Source: an uncultured Candidatus Binatia bacterium
GTDB taxonomy: Bacteria > Desulfobacterota > Binatia > Bin18
Assembly: GCA_965214605.1 (NCBI GenBank)
Contig: OZ243961.1
Location: 4,160,001 to 4,224,000, forward strand
Reading direction: 5' to 3'
DNA length: 64,000 nucleotides
The number at the start of each line of letters is the position of its first letter. Position 1 is the first letter of the stretch. Of this stretch, positions 63,004-64,000 are shown one piece after another. Below the pieces are notes generated by a model that saw only the letters and a program-made list of their open reading frames with translations, was not told where the DNA came from and ran no database searches. Both the position numbers and the translations under genes were made by a program.

Positions 63004-64000
63004 ATGCGCCAACGTCTTCGCTTCGGAGCTTTTTTGGCTCCCCATCATCCGCTCGGTGAACACCCGACGTTACAGTTCCAGCGCGACCTTGAACTGGCCG
63101 CCCTCCTGGATCGCCTTCAGTTTGACGAGTTCTGGGTCGGCGAGCATCACTCGGCGGGTTGGGAAACAATCGGCTCGCCCGAGATGTTTCTGGTTGCGGC
63201 CGCCGAGCGCACCCACCATATCCGCCTCGGAACCGGGGTGATTTCGGTTCCCTACCATCATCCGTTCAATATTGCCCAGCGCATGGTTCATCTAGACCAC
63301 TTGAGCCGGGGCCGGGCAATTCTGGGGGTCGGACCCGGCGCCCTGCCGTCCGACGCCGTTATGCTGGGCATCGATCCAATGACCCAACGCGATCGTATGG
63401 ACGAGGGCTTGGGCGCGGTTTTGCGGCTGCTGCGTGAAGACGATCCCATTACGATTGAAAGCGACTGGTTCGCCCTACACGAGGCGGCACTGCAGTTGCG
63501 GCCGCTGCAGGATGAAATCCCAGTTGCTGTGGCCTCGTCAATTTCGCCCTCAGGGATGAAAACAGCCGGGAAATACGGGGTCGGAGTGCTCTCGCTGGCC
63601 TCATATTTGGAGGAAGGACTGACCGCGCTGCCGACCCAGTGGAACTTTGGCCAGACCTCGGCACGCGAGCACGGACAACAGCTTGATCGGGCCGATTGGC
63701 GGATTGTGATGCCCTTCCATCTGTCCAGCTCAAAAGAACAAGCCTACCGCGAGGCCGCCGCTGGCTTACAGCGTTGGCAAAACGAATACATCGTCGGTAT
63801 CCTCGGCACGCCTAAGCGCCGGCCGTTTGAGGACGGCTATCAGGCGGCGCGGAGTCTCGACGAACACGGCGGGGCCATCTTTGGCACCCCTGAAGACGCT
63901 TTGGAGAAGATTGCCGCCCTGCAACAGCTGTCGGGTGGGTTTGGCACGCTGCTGTGCTTTGCCCACGACTGGGTGTCGCCTGAGCTGTCGGCGCGTAGCT
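63004..64000 (+). CDS. LLM class flavin-dependent monooxygenase, runs off the window (absent from the ORF track)
   Basis: Read directly from the sequence: MRQRLRFGAFLAPHH...DEFWVGEHHS...IRLGTGVISVPYHHP...GVGPGALPSD; SD ggaga. Confidence 0.92.
   Translation, partial: MRQRLRFGAFLAPHHPLGEHPTLQFQRDLELAALLDRLQFDEFWVGEHHSAGWETIGSPEMFLVAAAERTHHIRLGTGVISVPYHHPFNIAQRMVHLDHLSRGRAILGVGPGALPSDAVMLGIDPMTQRDRMDEGLGAVLRLLREDDPITIESDWFALHEAALQLRPLQDEIPVAVASSISPSGMKTAGKYGVGVLSLASYLEEGLTALPTQWNFGQTSAREHGQQLDRADWRIVMPFHLSSSKEQAYREAAAGLQRWQNEYIVGILGTPKRRPFEDGYQAARSLDEHGGAIFGTPEDALEKIAALQQLSGGFGTLLCFAHDWVSPELSARS

Overview
A GC-rich bacterial chromosomal window. The gene content suggests a Gram-negative organism, possibly a deltaproteobacteria-like lineage such as Binatia (weak inference). 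Housekeeping genes include hisF, dapL, pgm, a stand-alone fusA, mutS-mutL-dusB, nadA-nrtR, gloA, a type IIA topoisomerase A/B pair, hemE-hemH-hemY and tRNA-Leu(TAA). These are interleaved with catabolic, redox and metal modules and several decayed remnants (integrase at the tRNA, higBA, an internally deleted GFA gene). Highlights: (1) a probable selenoprotein missed by the ORF track, a PCYCGC/CYCXC-type exported protein with an in-frame TGA at a Cys position (UxxC); (2) a Cys/His-rich, Pro-tailed upstream ORF before an OprC-like TonB receptor, resembling the CruR copper-sensing uORF system; (3) an envelope redox module made of a CxCH-motif cytochrome c, an FMN-binding protein, a His-containing membrane protein and cytochrome c'; (4) a readable sigma70 promoter with an NrtR-type operator at nadA; (5) amnBA-like dioxygenase genes without their lower pathway; (6) an EthD/three-GST/cyclase/MetE-like/MBL operon. 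All family calls come from motif recognition by eye; no database searches were run.
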